Positions 28,986-38,748 are shown, counted from the stretch's first letter. The stretch: 64,000 nucleotides of DNA from Terriglobia bacterium (GCA_965263045.1 CBDHGK010000041.1:1909514-1973513), one strand, 5' to 3'. Notes: generated by a model not told the origin, from the letters alone. Made by a program: numbers and translations.

Positions 28986-30098
28986 ATGAAATGGACCAGT
29001 TTCGCAGCAGTGGGCGCACTCCTTGTCCTGTCGGTGTCAACGGTGGCCGCCGCGGGTCAGGAACTGCGGACACCGTGGGGCGACCCGGACCTGCAGGGGA
29101 TCTGGAGTAATCCCTACGTGACACCGCTGGAACGGCCGGAAGAGTACGGCACCCGGGAGTTCCTGACGGAAGAAGAAATCCTGATCGCCGAGTCGGAATT
29201 GCTGGAACAGTCCCAACTGCCGGGTCGTGACAGCCGGAGTGCGGCAGGGACGGAAAGAGATGTGGCCCTCGCCTACAACGACCACTGGTTCGGTGATCCT
29301 TCCATGGACCGGGGCGCGCGCACGTCACAGATCATCGACCCGCCGGACGGGAGAATTCCACCGCTGACCCCCGAGGCACAGACCAGGATCGGAGCGCAGA
29401 GAGAGTATCTCCAGGCACTGCTCCAGGGTACTTCCGGGGGGCGGCCGGGACCGATCTCACCGCGGCGATCGGAACCGCCTCCCGACTACAATCTCGACCG
29501 AATGAATCGCACGGACGGTCCCGAGGACCGGAGCGGCCCTGAGCGGTGTTTCGGTTTCAGTCTGCCGGTGTTGCTCGAGTCCGGGACTTTCGGAGGGGTC
29601 GCGCGAATTGTTCAGTCACCCGGAAGCGTGGGCATCAACTACGATATGGGTCAGGGCCAGGGCTTCAGCCGTGTGATCCCCATCACGGATCGCCCACACC
29701 TTTCCCCACATATGCGGCAGCGCTACGGCGATGCCCGCGGCCGGTGGGAAGGAGACACGCTTGTCGTGGACGTGACCAATTTCCAGCAACAGACGGATTT
29801 CGAGGGTTCCCGCGAAAATCTGCATCTGATCGAACGCTACAGAAGGATCGATGCCGATACGCTGGCGTTCCAGGTCACAATAGAGGACCCGACGACGTTT
29901 ACAGCACCGTTCACCGCGGTCCAGGAGCTGACGAAGAACAGCGAACAGGCCAATCAGGTTTACGAGGGTGGTTGCCATGAGGGTAACTACGGCATGGTCG
30001 GCATGCTGGTGAACACGCGTGCCGCGGAAAGGGCCTTTGCGGAAGGGCGGGGTCCGGATCCGGCGACACAGGACAACGCCACCGGTGGCGGCGGGTAG
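28986..30098 (+). CDS. Secreted DFSGxW-family protein (paralog C)
   Basis: Signal peptide; TPWGDPDLQGIW, ERC, GDARGRWEGDTLVVDVTNF, TIEDPTTFTAPF, YEGGCHEGNY; GGAGGAG RBS. Confidence 0.8.
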   Translation: MKWTSFAAVGALLVLSVSTVAAAGQELRTPWGDPDLQGIWSNPYVTPLERPEEYGTREFLTEEEILIAESELLEQSQLPGRDSRSAAGTERDVALAYNDHWFGDPSMDRGARTSQIIDPPDGRIPPLTPEAQTRIGAQREYLQALLQGTSGGRPGPISPRRSEPPPDYNLDRMNRTDGPEDRSGPERCFGFSLPVLLESGTFGGVARIVQSPGSVGINYDMGQGQGFSRVIPITDRPHLSPHMRQRYGDARGRWEGDTLVVDVTNFQQQTDFEGSRENLHLIERYRRIDADTLAFQVTIEDPTTFTAPFTAVQELTKNSEQANQVYEGGCHEGNYGMVGMLVNTRAAERAFAEGRGPDPATQDNATGGGG

Positions 30099-30114
30099 TC
30101 GGCCGAAGACCGGA

Positions 30115-30681
30115 ATGTTTCTTATCGCTTTCCTCGAATCTCTCGCCGAGTCTCCGTGGAGCATCGGGCTCCATGAGTCGCGATACGCCTACCCCCTCAT
30201 CGAATCGGTTCATGTCTGGGCGCTGTTTTTGTTTGTCGGTCTCGTGGTCGTGTTTGACCTGCGTCTCGTCGGCTGGATTATGCCGCGCGTGGGGGTGCGG
30301 GAGGTTTACCGGCGACTGATACCGTGGACCATAGCCGGCTTCGTCATCATGGTTATCAGCGGAGCAATGCTCTTTTCCGCGATACCCCTGCGCTCCTATC
30401 AGAACATTTTCTTCCGCGTTAAAATGATCTTCCTGGTGCTGGCCGGTTTGAATGTCTGGGTCTTCCACTCGGGAATCTACCGGCGTGTGGCCACATGGAG
30501 CCTGGAGGCGGTGCCTCCCAGGTCAGCCCGGATTGCCGGAGCTCTTTCCCTGGTGCTGTGGGTCGGCATCATCTTTTCAGGAAGAATGATTGCGTACAAC
30601 TGGTTTGACTGTGACCGACAGCCACAACCGGCCATCATCAATTATCTGACCAACTGCGTGCCGGTCGAGTCCGAGTACTGA
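30115..30681 (+). CDS. DUF6644-like 4-TM membrane protein
   Basis: YPLIESVH..FDLRLVG, ISGAMLF, FFRVKMIFL, LWVGIIFSGRMIAY. Confidence 0.75.
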   Translation: MFLIAFLESLAESPWSIGLHESRYAYPLIESVHVWALFLFVGLVVVFDLRLVGWIMPRVGVREVYRRLIPWTIAGFVIMVISGAMLFSAIPLRSYQNIFFRVKMIFLVLAGLNVWVFHSGIYRRVATWSLEAVPPRSARIAGALSLVLWVGIIFSGRMIAYNWFDCDRQPQPAIINYLTNCVPVESEY

Positions 30682-31154
30682 TGTCGCTGCTGCCGTTCTT
30701 CGAGTGGTGCGAACAATTGCCCATTGGCGAGGCGATTCGGAATTCACTCTGGCTGTTTCCCGTAATCGAAGCCTTTCACCTGGTGGGTCTGGGCGTGCTG
30801 GGAGGCGCCGTGTTGCTGCTCGATCTGCGGCTGCTGGGCCTGGGTCTGAAGGGCCAGCCGGCGGACGAGGTCGCCAGGGCCGCCGAACCCTGGCTGCTGG
30901 GCAGTCTCGGGTTGATGCTCGCCTCCGGCTTTCCGCTATTTCTCTCGGAAGCGATCCGGTGCTACTACAGCACGGCCTTCTGGGTGAAGATGACTTCGCT
31001 GCTGCTGGTGATCCTGTTTACATTCACGGTGCGGCGTCGGGTCGCGCACGGGGCAGCATCGATACCCAAGCTGGAATGCCAGATTGCCGCCCTGGTCTCG
31101 CTGGCCTTGTGGGCAGGTGTGGGATGGGGCGGACGCTGGATCGGGTTTTCCTGA
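30681..31154 (+). CDS. DUF6644-like 4-TM membrane protein (tandem paralog)
   Basis: FPVIEAFH..LDLRLLG, ASGFPLF, FWVKMTSL, LWAGVGWGGRWIGF; TGATG coupling. Confidence 0.75.
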   Translation: MSLLPFFEWCEQLPIGEAIRNSLWLFPVIEAFHLVGLGVLGGAVLLLDLRLLGLGLKGQPADEVARAAEPWLLGSLGLMLASGFPLFLSEAIRCYYSTAFWVKMTSLLLVILFTFTVRRRVAHGAASIPKLECQIAALVSLALWAGVGWGGRWIGFS

Positions 31155-31176
31155 CTCCGCCCCTGCATTGGCCCGC

Positions 31177-31593
31177 TTACGGGCGTTCGACCGGTGCGCC
31201 TGTTCCCGACGATCCTAAGAATAACGTTCTTCCGTCGGGTAGGGTCAGGTCCCTGCCGTTCGCTCTCCGTGAGCCATCCTTCGCCCGGTAGCCATCAACG
31301 ACGATCTCGGTACCCGCTACGAGAGAGTCTCTCGTAAAGCCGCGCCGGTACAACACATTGGGGGTGCCGGCTTCAACGGCCCATCGTTCCATGGTCCCAT
31401 CAGGGAGTTCGACTTCGACGTGGATCCACGCGTGGGGATTGGTCCATTGCATCCGCACGACGGTGGCCGTGAAGTGGACCGGGTTGTTGGCGTCAAATTC
31501 GGCCGCGAAGGCGTGATGGGCCGACGCGGGCGCTGCGGCCAGAATCAGAATCGCGCCAACAATCGCGACGGTGATGGCTGATGTAGCTGACAT
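31177..31593 (-). CDS. DUF6152-like exported protein
   Basis: ASA|HHAFAAEFD, WTNPHAWIH, WAVEAGTPN; AGGAG RBS. Confidence 0.82.
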   Translation of the reverse strand: MSATSAITVAIVGAILILAAAPASAHHAFAAEFDANNPVHFTATVVRMQWTNPHAWIHVEVELPDGTMERWAVEAGTPNVLYRRGFTRDSLVAGTEIVVDGYRAKDGSRRANGRDLTLPDGRTLFLGSSGTGAPVERP

Positions 31594-31655
31594 TGGGTGC
31601 GGTCTCCTTTTCATATTCACTCAGTTTAACTCGATTCACCGGGTTTTGCCGGACC

Positions 31656-32651
31656 TCAGGGTTCAACCGGCGGGTTGCCCGACCAATGTATTTCATAGAC
31701 ATCTTCACCCGGCGGTACCTTGCGCGTGATGTCGACATCCATCGTCCGGCCTTCCCAGCGCGTCACAAGGGGTTCGCTGCGCAGGTGGCCGTAGATGGTT
31801 TCCTCGACGTGTTCGAAGCATCGGAAGTCCAGGAGCTGGGCGTCGGGTTCCAGCCGGCGGTAGAGCGGCAGACTGATGGTCCACGGTCGCGTGAACACCT
31901 TGGAGTCTTCAATCGTTGCTTGGTAAAGGATCGCATCTCGGCTGATGGGAGTGTAGCGTTCCTCAACTTCCAGCGCGTCGCTGTGAAAATTACCGGACCT
32001 GTCGAACCAGGTGTAGGGCGTGAAGTTCATAACATCGACAACCAGCGTGTCGCCCTCCCAGCGCCCGAGGGAGTATCCCATGAAGGCCTCGCCCGGATAG
32101 GGGTCGACGGTGTCAAGATTGATCGTTCTCTGGGCATTGGCAAACTCGAAAACCATCATGACTTTGTTCGTACTCTGAACAATCTGGAACGGATAGGGCA
32201 GATACATCGCACGCGGCACTCCCGGCATATAGCATTTGATTTCCGGGTCGCGGTCCAGCCAGTGGACTTGATTATCGATCTTCCGCTCCGCCGCCCAGGG
32301 TTGGTAGGGAATCTCGTCGCCTTCGACCACTCCCATGCCCGGCGGGGCCCAACCAATGGTGCCGAGCGCAACGACCGGGGCCGCCAGCACCGGTACATCG
32401 GGGTACACGCCGGCCTGGGCCACCAACGGCCGTGCGTCGTGGGTCTGAAGGTCCCAGTTGGCCGTGCTGTGGGTCTGCCATATCCCACTGAAGTCGGGTT
32501 TGCCGTCTGCGGTGCGTACGATTGATGACGCGCCCGCTGAGTCCATGTTGAGGCCGGACATCGGCGACGTCAGCATCCACATCAGCGATGCCCCACCCAC
32601 GATGATGGCGGTCACGATCACGATTATTGCGTCTCTGAATCTATTTTGCAT
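31656..32651 (-). CDS. Secreted DFSGxW-family protein (paralog D)
   Basis: DGKPDFSGIWQ, DPEIKCYMPGVPR, GYSLGRWEGDTLVVDV, TIEDSKVFTRPW, DFRC. Confidence 0.8.
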   Translation of the reverse strand: MQNRFRDAIIVIVTAIIVGGASLMWMLTSPMSGLNMDSAGASSIVRTADGKPDFSGIWQTHSTANWDLQTHDARPLVAQAGVYPDVPVLAAPVVALGTIGWAPPGMGVVEGDEIPYQPWAAERKIDNQVHWLDRDPEIKCYMPGVPRAMYLPYPFQIVQSTNKVMMVFEFANAQRTINLDTVDPYPGEAFMGYSLGRWEGDTLVVDVMNFTPYTWFDRSGNFHSDALEVEERYTPISRDAILYQATIEDSKVFTRPWTISLPLYRRLEPDAQLLDFRCFEHVEETIYGHLRSEPLVTRWEGRTMDVDITRKVPPGEDVYEIHWSGNPPVEP

Positions 32652-33192
32652 GGATCGAGTGACCACCTCAAGTGATTGACTTCATGGGTTTGGCCGTCAA
32701 TAGTTTCCGCATGGCGCTCGATGCCGGCCGGGATCTCCGAGCATGTTACATCGGCTGCATGTTGCTTCATCAAAACAACAAAGTCAACATAGTCAGTTCC
32801 CAGGCTGTGACTCATTCATAAATCCGGCGCCGGGCCGGTTCAAAGCTGAGGCCGAACGCCCGATCGGATGTCGGGCCGGGAGCAACCGCGCCCGGGCATC
32901 GAGGAATCCGAACCCCTCCCGAAGGACCTGGAAACCGCGCCCAGTGGCCAGTTCCAGAACCTGTACGTCCGTTTGTCGGCCCCGATCAATCGATCGGGCT
33001 CGGGATTCGCTGAGGTGTCGGGCATCGTGATCGACCAGAGGAGTGTCTTGGTCACTGAACTGCAAGGTGGTTTTCAGTGGAGTGCCCCGATACTTGTTGC
33101 GATAGCGAAGCCATATTCGGGCCGTTCCAAAATGCGCCGGTCGGAAAACCCGATCCGGCAATGGTGATCGCTCCGGGCAGGAGGCGGCTCGT

Positions 33193-33600
33193 TTGCACCG
33201 ATCGACAAGTTTTCAACGACTTGCAATAGTATCTGCCATCGGATTGATGTTGCTGGTGGCGTGTCGCGCCCCGTTTCAGGTGCGGGTGACGGATCTGCGT
33301 GGTGGGGCCCGACCTTATTTCTATGAAGGTGAGTCCCTGAAAATGCACGTCCACTGGGGTCAGGAAGCCAGGGACATGGCCGTAATCTGTCAAGTGCTTG
33401 ACACGTATCGGGGAGAAACAAAGTGGCAGGGGCGTTCCACCGTGCCGAACGTGGAAACCGGGTCCCTCGAGGTCTTGTCGTTTGATCCGCCGCTCCCGCT
33501 GAACGGCCAACTCGGGTTGACCCGGGGTGGGTATCGATGGATATGCGAACTCGAAGACGCCGCGCGGTCGTCGGTCTACTTCGACATCATTGAGCGATAG
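33193..33600 (+). CDS. Putative lipoprotein, unknown function
   Basis: 135-aa ORF from TTG with AGGAGG upstream; lipobox-like LVAC; beta-rich body. Confidence 0.55.
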   Translation: MHRSTSFQRLAIVSAIGLMLLVACRAPFQVRVTDLRGGARPYFYEGESLKMHVHWGQEARDMAVICQVLDTYRGETKWQGRSTVPNVETGSLEVLSFDPPLPLNGQLGLTRGGYRWICELEDAARSSVYFDIIER

Positions 33601-33711
33601 CAGCCACCTCATAGAGCGCTAACAGCCACCTCCAGGCCAGCAGCGGTCAGGAAGTCGTGGATGCCCCCCTGCATGCACGCTCGAACCGCGGATCGGGTTC
33701 ACCGGGGTGCT

Positions 33712-34527
33712 TCACGGGTTCTCGGTCTCATCGAAAACTTCTCGGAAATACAGGGCATCCTGCGTATCCACACAGATCGATTCCCGAATGCGGTCTTCTG
33801 GAGGCCGTCTCCGCAATGTCACCGTTTTTGACCACGGGCCGGAAAGGACGTTCGGGTCTTCGACCGTGGCCTCATACACCAGGGTGTTTGCGTCGCTCAT
33901 GTGATAGCGCTCGACGACATGTAGATCCTCAGTGTGGAACGTCCCGAGTCTGTGAATCCAGGTCTCATCGTTAAAGCCGATGACATCGACAACGAGGGTG
34001 TCTCCGTCCCATTCGGCCACCGAGTCTCCCATGTAGGTTGGAAACCAATCATCGGGGTGGTCGCGTCCGTCTGTTGGAATGATCCGGAATCGGTGTTCGG
34101 CTTCGTAAAGAAATATTACTTCTCCCGGAATCTGAACGATTCGGAGCGGATGTGGATTGCCCGTCTGACGGGGGATGCCGCGGGGAATGCAGCGTAGCAT
34201 CGGATCGTCGGCCTCGGTGAATGCCCGCACACGGTCCATCACTTCCGGCCGGTAGGGAAGACCTCCGCCTGGATTTGCGAGCCTGTTCGCCGAGGACCGC
34301 TCTTCTTGTTCGAGAGTGAAGTTCGATATGTCCAGCATGTTGGTCTGCCAGATGCCCGAAAAATCGACCCGGCCATCGGGGGCACGGGGTATCAATTCAG
34401 ATGCGTTGTCGGTCGCGACGCGTTCGTTCCCGTTCTGCGGCAAGACAGCGGCAATGGCCCCGGGCAGCAGGACCAGAGCCGTCAACGCCAGCGTCGTGAC
34501 GGCGGCGACCAGACGGCGATGGGTCAT
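33712..34527 (-). CDS. Secreted DFSGxW-family protein (paralog E)
   Basis: DGRVDFSGIWQ, DDPMLRCIPRGIPR, MGDSVAEWDGDTLVVDV, TVEDPNVLSGPW, RESIC. Confidence 0.8.
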   Translation of the reverse strand: MTHRRLVAAVTTLALTALVLLPGAIAAVLPQNGNERVATDNASELIPRAPDGRVDFSGIWQTNMLDISNFTLEQEERSSANRLANPGGGLPYRPEVMDRVRAFTEADDPMLRCIPRGIPRQTGNPHPLRIVQIPGEVIFLYEAEHRFRIIPTDGRDHPDDWFPTYMGDSVAEWDGDTLVVDVIGFNDETWIHRLGTFHTEDLHVVERYHMSDANTLVYEATVEDPNVLSGPWSKTVTLRRRPPEDRIRESICVDTQDALYFREVFDETENP

Positions 34528-34586
34528 GTTGGGGTTCCCCCTAAATAGACGTGGTAGACATGGGCCCGAGTCCGGGCAGTCGATGC

Positions 34587-34994
34587 CTATTGGTTTTCGC
34601 TTTCTGAACTGGCGCCGATCGGAAGAATCCGTCCGTCGGGCAGCGTCATCCGGTTGCCGCCCGCAACCGGCCGGGCTCCGACTCGAGCATGCCAGCCCGT
34701 GACGGTCACGGTGTCTCCCGGACTCACCGTGTTCCGGGACCAGCCCTGCCGGACCATCATCGTTGGAGGATATCCTTCAAAGCCCCAGGTGACGACTTCG
34801 CCGTTTGGCCCGGCAACGTCGACGTAGAAGTACATGTGCGGGTTTTTCCAGTCTACCTTGTTGATCACGCCCGTCACGGTGAAGGGCTGGTCCTTGTCGA
34901 AGATCGCTGCAAACGAGTGATGGGCACGTGCCGGCGTTTCACACAGGACCAGGACGCATACGATGACCAGAGTGCCAGAAATACGTTTCAACAT
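34587..34994 (-). CDS. DUF6152-like exported protein
   Basis: ARA|HHSFAAIFD, WKNPHMYFY, WGFEG.PP; AAGGAG RBS. Confidence 0.82.
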   Translation of the reverse strand: MLKRISGTLVIVCVLVLCETPARAHHSFAAIFDKDQPFTVTGVINKVDWKNPHMYFYVDVAGPNGEVVTWGFEGYPPTMMVRQGWSRNTVSPGDTVTVTGWHARVGARPVAGGNRMTLPDGRILPIGASSESENQ

Positions 34995-35269
34995 GCGTTC
35001 TCCTTATGCCTGTCTTGATCGGGCATCCAGGCAGGCACGACGATTCGGCCCGTGAGATGCCAAACGCTCTCAGATTAGCGAGATGCGCGGGCCCGGGTCA
35101 ACTGATGTTGCCCGGTCCGGCTGCTTCTTGAGCCAGCCCATCGATCGATACGGTGCCGGTGAGTTTCTTGCGGAACACTGTCCAAATTCGTATCAGGCAC
35201 CGATAATGACAGGCACTCGCCGAGAGGGGTGAGACAAGAGAACGGTTTTCGTCCGAGTTACTCGATAGA

Positions 35270-35797
35270 ATGACAGCGCATGAGACCCCAGCATGGAGGA
35301 TAAGAACAATGGGAAATCCGAGGGAGGCACCTGACGTGGAGCTTTACATGGAAAGGGTGCGAATCATATGCAGCGGGATAGTGGGTGAAGAGTTTCTGCC
35401 GCTGGTTGAGCAGGCGCAGAAGCTGACTTTCGGGGAGGACGATTCGAAGCTCGAGCCGGCCCGACAGCTCTACCAGCGTGCATTCGATCTGTTCCGCAAA
35501 GGCTATAGTCTCTTCCTGGATAATCCGGAATCCTACGAAGCGCTCGTGACCTGGAAGGAGGAGACGACGCTCCCCTGGAAGGAGGCTGGGACCATCGTCG
35601 ACGGGAAGGGACGCCCCGGCGTGCACGAGGCTCTTTTCGAAGGTTACGACGACTGTCTGAGCGATTATCTCTTCTGTCTTGCCCAGCTGGCGGACGTATA
35701 CCGTCGGGAAGGTCGGACTTCCAGGGCGGCGGACTGTAACACGCGTGCTGAAGAGCTGCGCCTGTTTGCCCAGATGATGAGCCAGGACCGAAAATAG
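35270..35797 (+). CDS. Hypothetical helical protein
   Basis: 175-aa ORF co-oriented with and 17 bp from the MutS-like gene; start uncertain. Confidence 0.5.
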   Translation: MTAHETPAWRIRTMGNPREAPDVELYMERVRIICSGIVGEEFLPLVEQAQKLTFGEDDSKLEPARQLYQRAFDLFRKGYSLFLDNPESYEALVTWKEETTLPWKEAGTIVDGKGRPGVHEALFEGYDDCLSDYLFCLAQLADVYRREGRTSRAADCNTRAEELRLFAQMMSQDRK

Positions 35798-35814
35798 TCG
35801 AACCTTGAATTGCT

Positions 35815-37644
35815 GTGGGAATGAAGGAGAGTGTGGAGCATCCCGACATCGAAATGACCGTGGGGCTACAACCATTCAAGGAATACACAGAGCGCCTCAG
35901 ACTACGGCGTGAAATGGTTGAAACCTGTGCCGGCCGCCATCGGATGATGGTCCGCCTGCGATTGGCAACGGCCCTGCTGGTCTTCATCGCGCTCTGGGTT
36001 GGGGCGCGCCAGAACCCGGTACAGATATGGCCGATCCTCGTTCCGGTTGTGCTCTTCATTGGCCTGGCCATCTACCACGGAAAGATCCTGCGGCGCTCGC
36101 GCCGCGCATCCCGCTCTGTGGAATTCTACGAACGGGGTCTGAGGCGAATCGACGGGACTTGGGTCGGGGAGCCGCCATCCAAGATCGCCTACGTCGACGA
36201 ATCGCACCTGTACGCACCGGGTCTGGATATATTCGGAAAAGACTCTCTGTTTGGACTCCTCTCGACGGCCCGAACCCGAACCGGCGAGGAAACTCTGGCC
36301 CGGTGGCTCGGTGAACCGGCCCTTCGAGAGGAGATTCTCCTCCGGCAGCAGTCGGTCGAAGAGCTCAGATCCAGGGTGGATCTCCGCGAAGATCTTGCGA
36401 TTCTGGGGTGGGAGGTGCGGGCCACCCTTCACCCGGAGCGGATGACGCGCTGGGGACATTCTCCCCCTCTCCTCGAATCCGTCCCCCCACGCGTCATCGC
36501 GCCAATCCTTGCCGTCGGCGTTTACTACACACAAATCGAGTACTGGTTTCGGGGAGGCAGCGGACTCTCTGCCGCTCTGTTCCTGGCGCTGGCTGGCCTG
36601 TTCGGTTTGTATTTCAGGGATCGGGTGCGCAAAGTGATTGACGCGGTCGAACAGCCCGAAAGAGAACTGGAGGTGCTTTCGCTGCTTTTTTCCAGGCTCG
36701 AGCGTGAGAAATTCAGCTCTCCCAAACTTCAGGGATTGCGACGGGCACTCGATACCCGCGGAAACCCGCCCTCGAAGGAAGTCTCCCGACTCGTCTTCCT
36801 GGTCGATCTCCTGAACTCCCGACGGAATCAAATGTTCATGCCACTCGCCGCTCTGATGCTGTGGTCGACGCAGGTCTCTTTCGCCGTCGAGGGTTGGCGT
36901 CGCCGCTGTGGCGCGTCACTGGGGGGCTGGCTGGATGCGATCGGCGAATTCGAGGCCCTGTGCGCCCTGGCGGGATATGCCTACGAGCACCCCGAAGATC
37001 CATTTCCCGAGATCGTGGATGATCCCTGCTTTGACGGCACCAGTCTGCGGCACCCGCTGCTTGGGCGCGATGACTGTGTGCCAAACTCGGTGCATCTGGG
37101 ACCCGATCTCCAACTCCTGGTGCTCAGTGGTTCCAACATGTCCGGAAAGAGCACTCTCTTGAGGACCATTGGCGTCAATGTGGTACTGGCCCTGGCGGGG
37201 GCCCCAGTGCGTGCGGACCGGCTGCGTCTGTGTCCGTTGGCGATGGGTGCCACGCTGCACATACAGGACTCGCTCCAGAGCGGTACCTCGCATTTTTACG
37301 CCGAGATTCATCGATTGCGAGACATCATGGAACTCTGCGAGGGCCCGCTTCCGGTGCTGTTTCTGCTGGATGAAATCTTCCACGGCACCAATTCCCACGA
37401 TCGCGCGATCGGCGCGGAAGCCGTGGTGCACAACCTGGTGGAGTGTGGCGCGCTGGGTCTGGTTACAACCCACGACCTCGCTCTGGCAACAGTGGCGGAC
37501 AGATTGGCCCCGAAAGCGGCCAACGTCCATTTCGAGGACCATCTGGAAGAGGGGACGATGGTATTCGACTATCGCCTGCGGCCGGGCGTCGTCGAACGGA
37601 GCAACGCCCTCGACTTGATGCGGGCCGTCGGTCTGAAAGTGTGA
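35815..37644 (+). CDS. Membrane-anchored MutS-related ATPase (MutS domain V)
   Basis: Walker A GSNMSGKST, DSL..GTSHFYAEI, LLDEIFHGTNS, TTHDL; two pairs of TM helices; no mismatch-binding domain. Confidence 0.88.
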   Translation: MGMKESVEHPDIEMTVGLQPFKEYTERLRLRREMVETCAGRHRMMVRLRLATALLVFIALWVGARQNPVQIWPILVPVVLFIGLAIYHGKILRRSRRASRSVEFYERGLRRIDGTWVGEPPSKIAYVDESHLYAPGLDIFGKDSLFGLLSTARTRTGEETLARWLGEPALREEILLRQQSVEELRSRVDLREDLAILGWEVRATLHPERMTRWGHSPPLLESVPPRVIAPILAVGVYYTQIEYWFRGGSGLSAALFLALAGLFGLYFRDRVRKVIDAVEQPERELEVLSLLFSRLEREKFSSPKLQGLRRALDTRGNPPSKEVSRLVFLVDLLNSRRNQMFMPLAALMLWSTQVSFAVEGWRRRCGASLGGWLDAIGEFEALCALAGYAYEHPEDPFPEIVDDPCFDGTSLRHPLLGRDDCVPNSVHLGPDLQLLVLSGSNMSGKSTLLRTIGVNVVLALAGAPVRADRLRLCPLAMGATLHIQDSLQSGTSHFYAEIHRLRDIMELCEGPLPVLFLLDEIFHGTNSHDRAIGAEAVVHNLVECGALGLVTTHDLALATVADRLAPKAANVHFEDHLEEGTMVFDYRLRPGVVERSNALDLMRAVGLKV

Positions 37645-37668
37645 GGCCCGGCGCGGTACCGCGGGCTG

Positions 37669-38088
37669 TTATGGCGCCTCCAATAATTTGCGGAACTGGC
37701 CGGAGCGCAGCGTCTCGATGCCGAGATCCTCGAGACGGGTGCGCAGTCGCCGATCGGAGGTGACGGCGAGGATCTCCCCCCGCGTCGTTGCATCTCCTGC
37801 CAGTTCCGTTCCTGCCAGTTCCATTCCTGCCAGTTCCATTCCTGCCAGTTCTATGATGCGTTCATCCGCATCGGAGCCGGGGTGGGCGAAGTATACGGTA
37901 ACGCCATCGACCGTCGCGGGGTCGGTCATACCGTCGGGCGGTCTTCCATCAAATACAACCGTCACCCCTACCCGTTGCTGTTGACGCAGTTTCCCAAGCT
38001 CCGTGATCAGCCGGCGTTGGGCTCCAGGTTTGTCGCGATGCCAGCCGATCCGTTGGCCCATGACGTTGTTGCCGTCGATCAGGTACAC
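37669..38088 (-). CDS. NYN/YacP-like PIN-fold ribonuclease
   Basis: YLIDGNNV, VVFDG, DADERI, VTSDRRL. Confidence 0.82.
   Translation of the reverse strand: MYLIDGNNVMGQRIGWHRDKPGAQRRLITELGKLRQQQRVGVTVVFDGRPPDGMTDPATVDGVTVYFAHPGSDADERIIELAGMELAGMELAGTELAGDATTRGEILAVTSDRRLRTRLEDLGIETLRSGQFRKLLEAP
37795..37854. repeat. 15-bp tandem repeat x4 inside the NYN gene
   Basis: TCCTGCCAGTTCC(G/A)T-type units; encodes IELAG-MELAG-MELAG-TELAG. Confidence 0.9.
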
Positions 38089-38126
38089 CCGGCCATTGTA
38101 ACGTTACAGGCTGCGGTTCGGAGGTG

Positions 38127-38267
38127 TTAGAGGGGGGGGGGGGGCGAGTCCTCGCTCGACAACGCGTCATCGTAGTCCCGCGGGCCGAATAGATCTTCGA
38201 TTGCGGAGTCGATCGCACCAATTGCGTAAGTCATTTGAAAGTTTTCTTCGGTGGTCAGTTTGTCCAT
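38127..38267 (-). CDS. Small acidic hypothetical protein (46 aa)
   Basis: MDKLTTEENFQ.. behind GGAGG RBS; ends in a C13 homopolymer. Confidence 0.35.
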   Translation of the reverse strand: MDKLTTEENFQMTYAIGAIDSAIEDLFGPRDYDDALSSEDSPPPPL

Positions 38268-38496
38268 TTTGAGCCGCCTCCGTGCGGCGGGCTGGAACAT
38301 CATGTTCCGTGCCGTAGAGAATCTGTGCCCAAGATCGTCTCGGGTCACATGGGGGTCAAGCAAATTGTCGTAAAGATTTTTCGAAGGTTCGAACGAAAGG
38401 GAGCTGGAAATTATGTTGTGTATTTGCCAGTCTCCCCCGCGTCCTTCCGTTGACCTCATTTCCGGCCTCCCGTAGCATGACCCTCTGGCAGAGCCC

Positions 38497-38748
38497 ATGC
38501 AGAATGACGCAGCCCTGAAAATCGTTCTTGAGACCGTTGACCCGGCCGAGGTGGCCGTGATCAAGACTCTGCTCGAAGCCGAGGGCATTCCCTATCTCAC
38601 ACGGGGCGAGGACCGCTACGACGCGTTTCGAGGTGCGTTTCGAGGCACTGTATTCAGTCCACGGGGTCGACCGGTTACCTTTCTCGTGCCTGCCGCCATC
38701 TATGAAGAAGCCCGCCTGGTGCTCAGTGTAGGCGAGTCGCCTCTGTAG
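38497..38748 (+). CDS. DUF2007-like putative signal-transducing protein
   Basis: DPAEVAVIKTLLEAEGIPY...FLVP...EEARLVL. Confidence 0.75.
   Translation: MQNDAALKIVLETVDPAEVAVIKTLLEAEGIPYLTRGEDRYDAFRGAFRGTVFSPRGRPVTFLVPAAIYEEARLVLSVGESPL

Noticed and set aside
31593-32525. Long antisense ORFs (also 7047-8162, 18149-19159, 35902-36831, 44352-45215)
   Set aside because: Shadow frames of well-supported genes on the opposite strand, expected at high GC.
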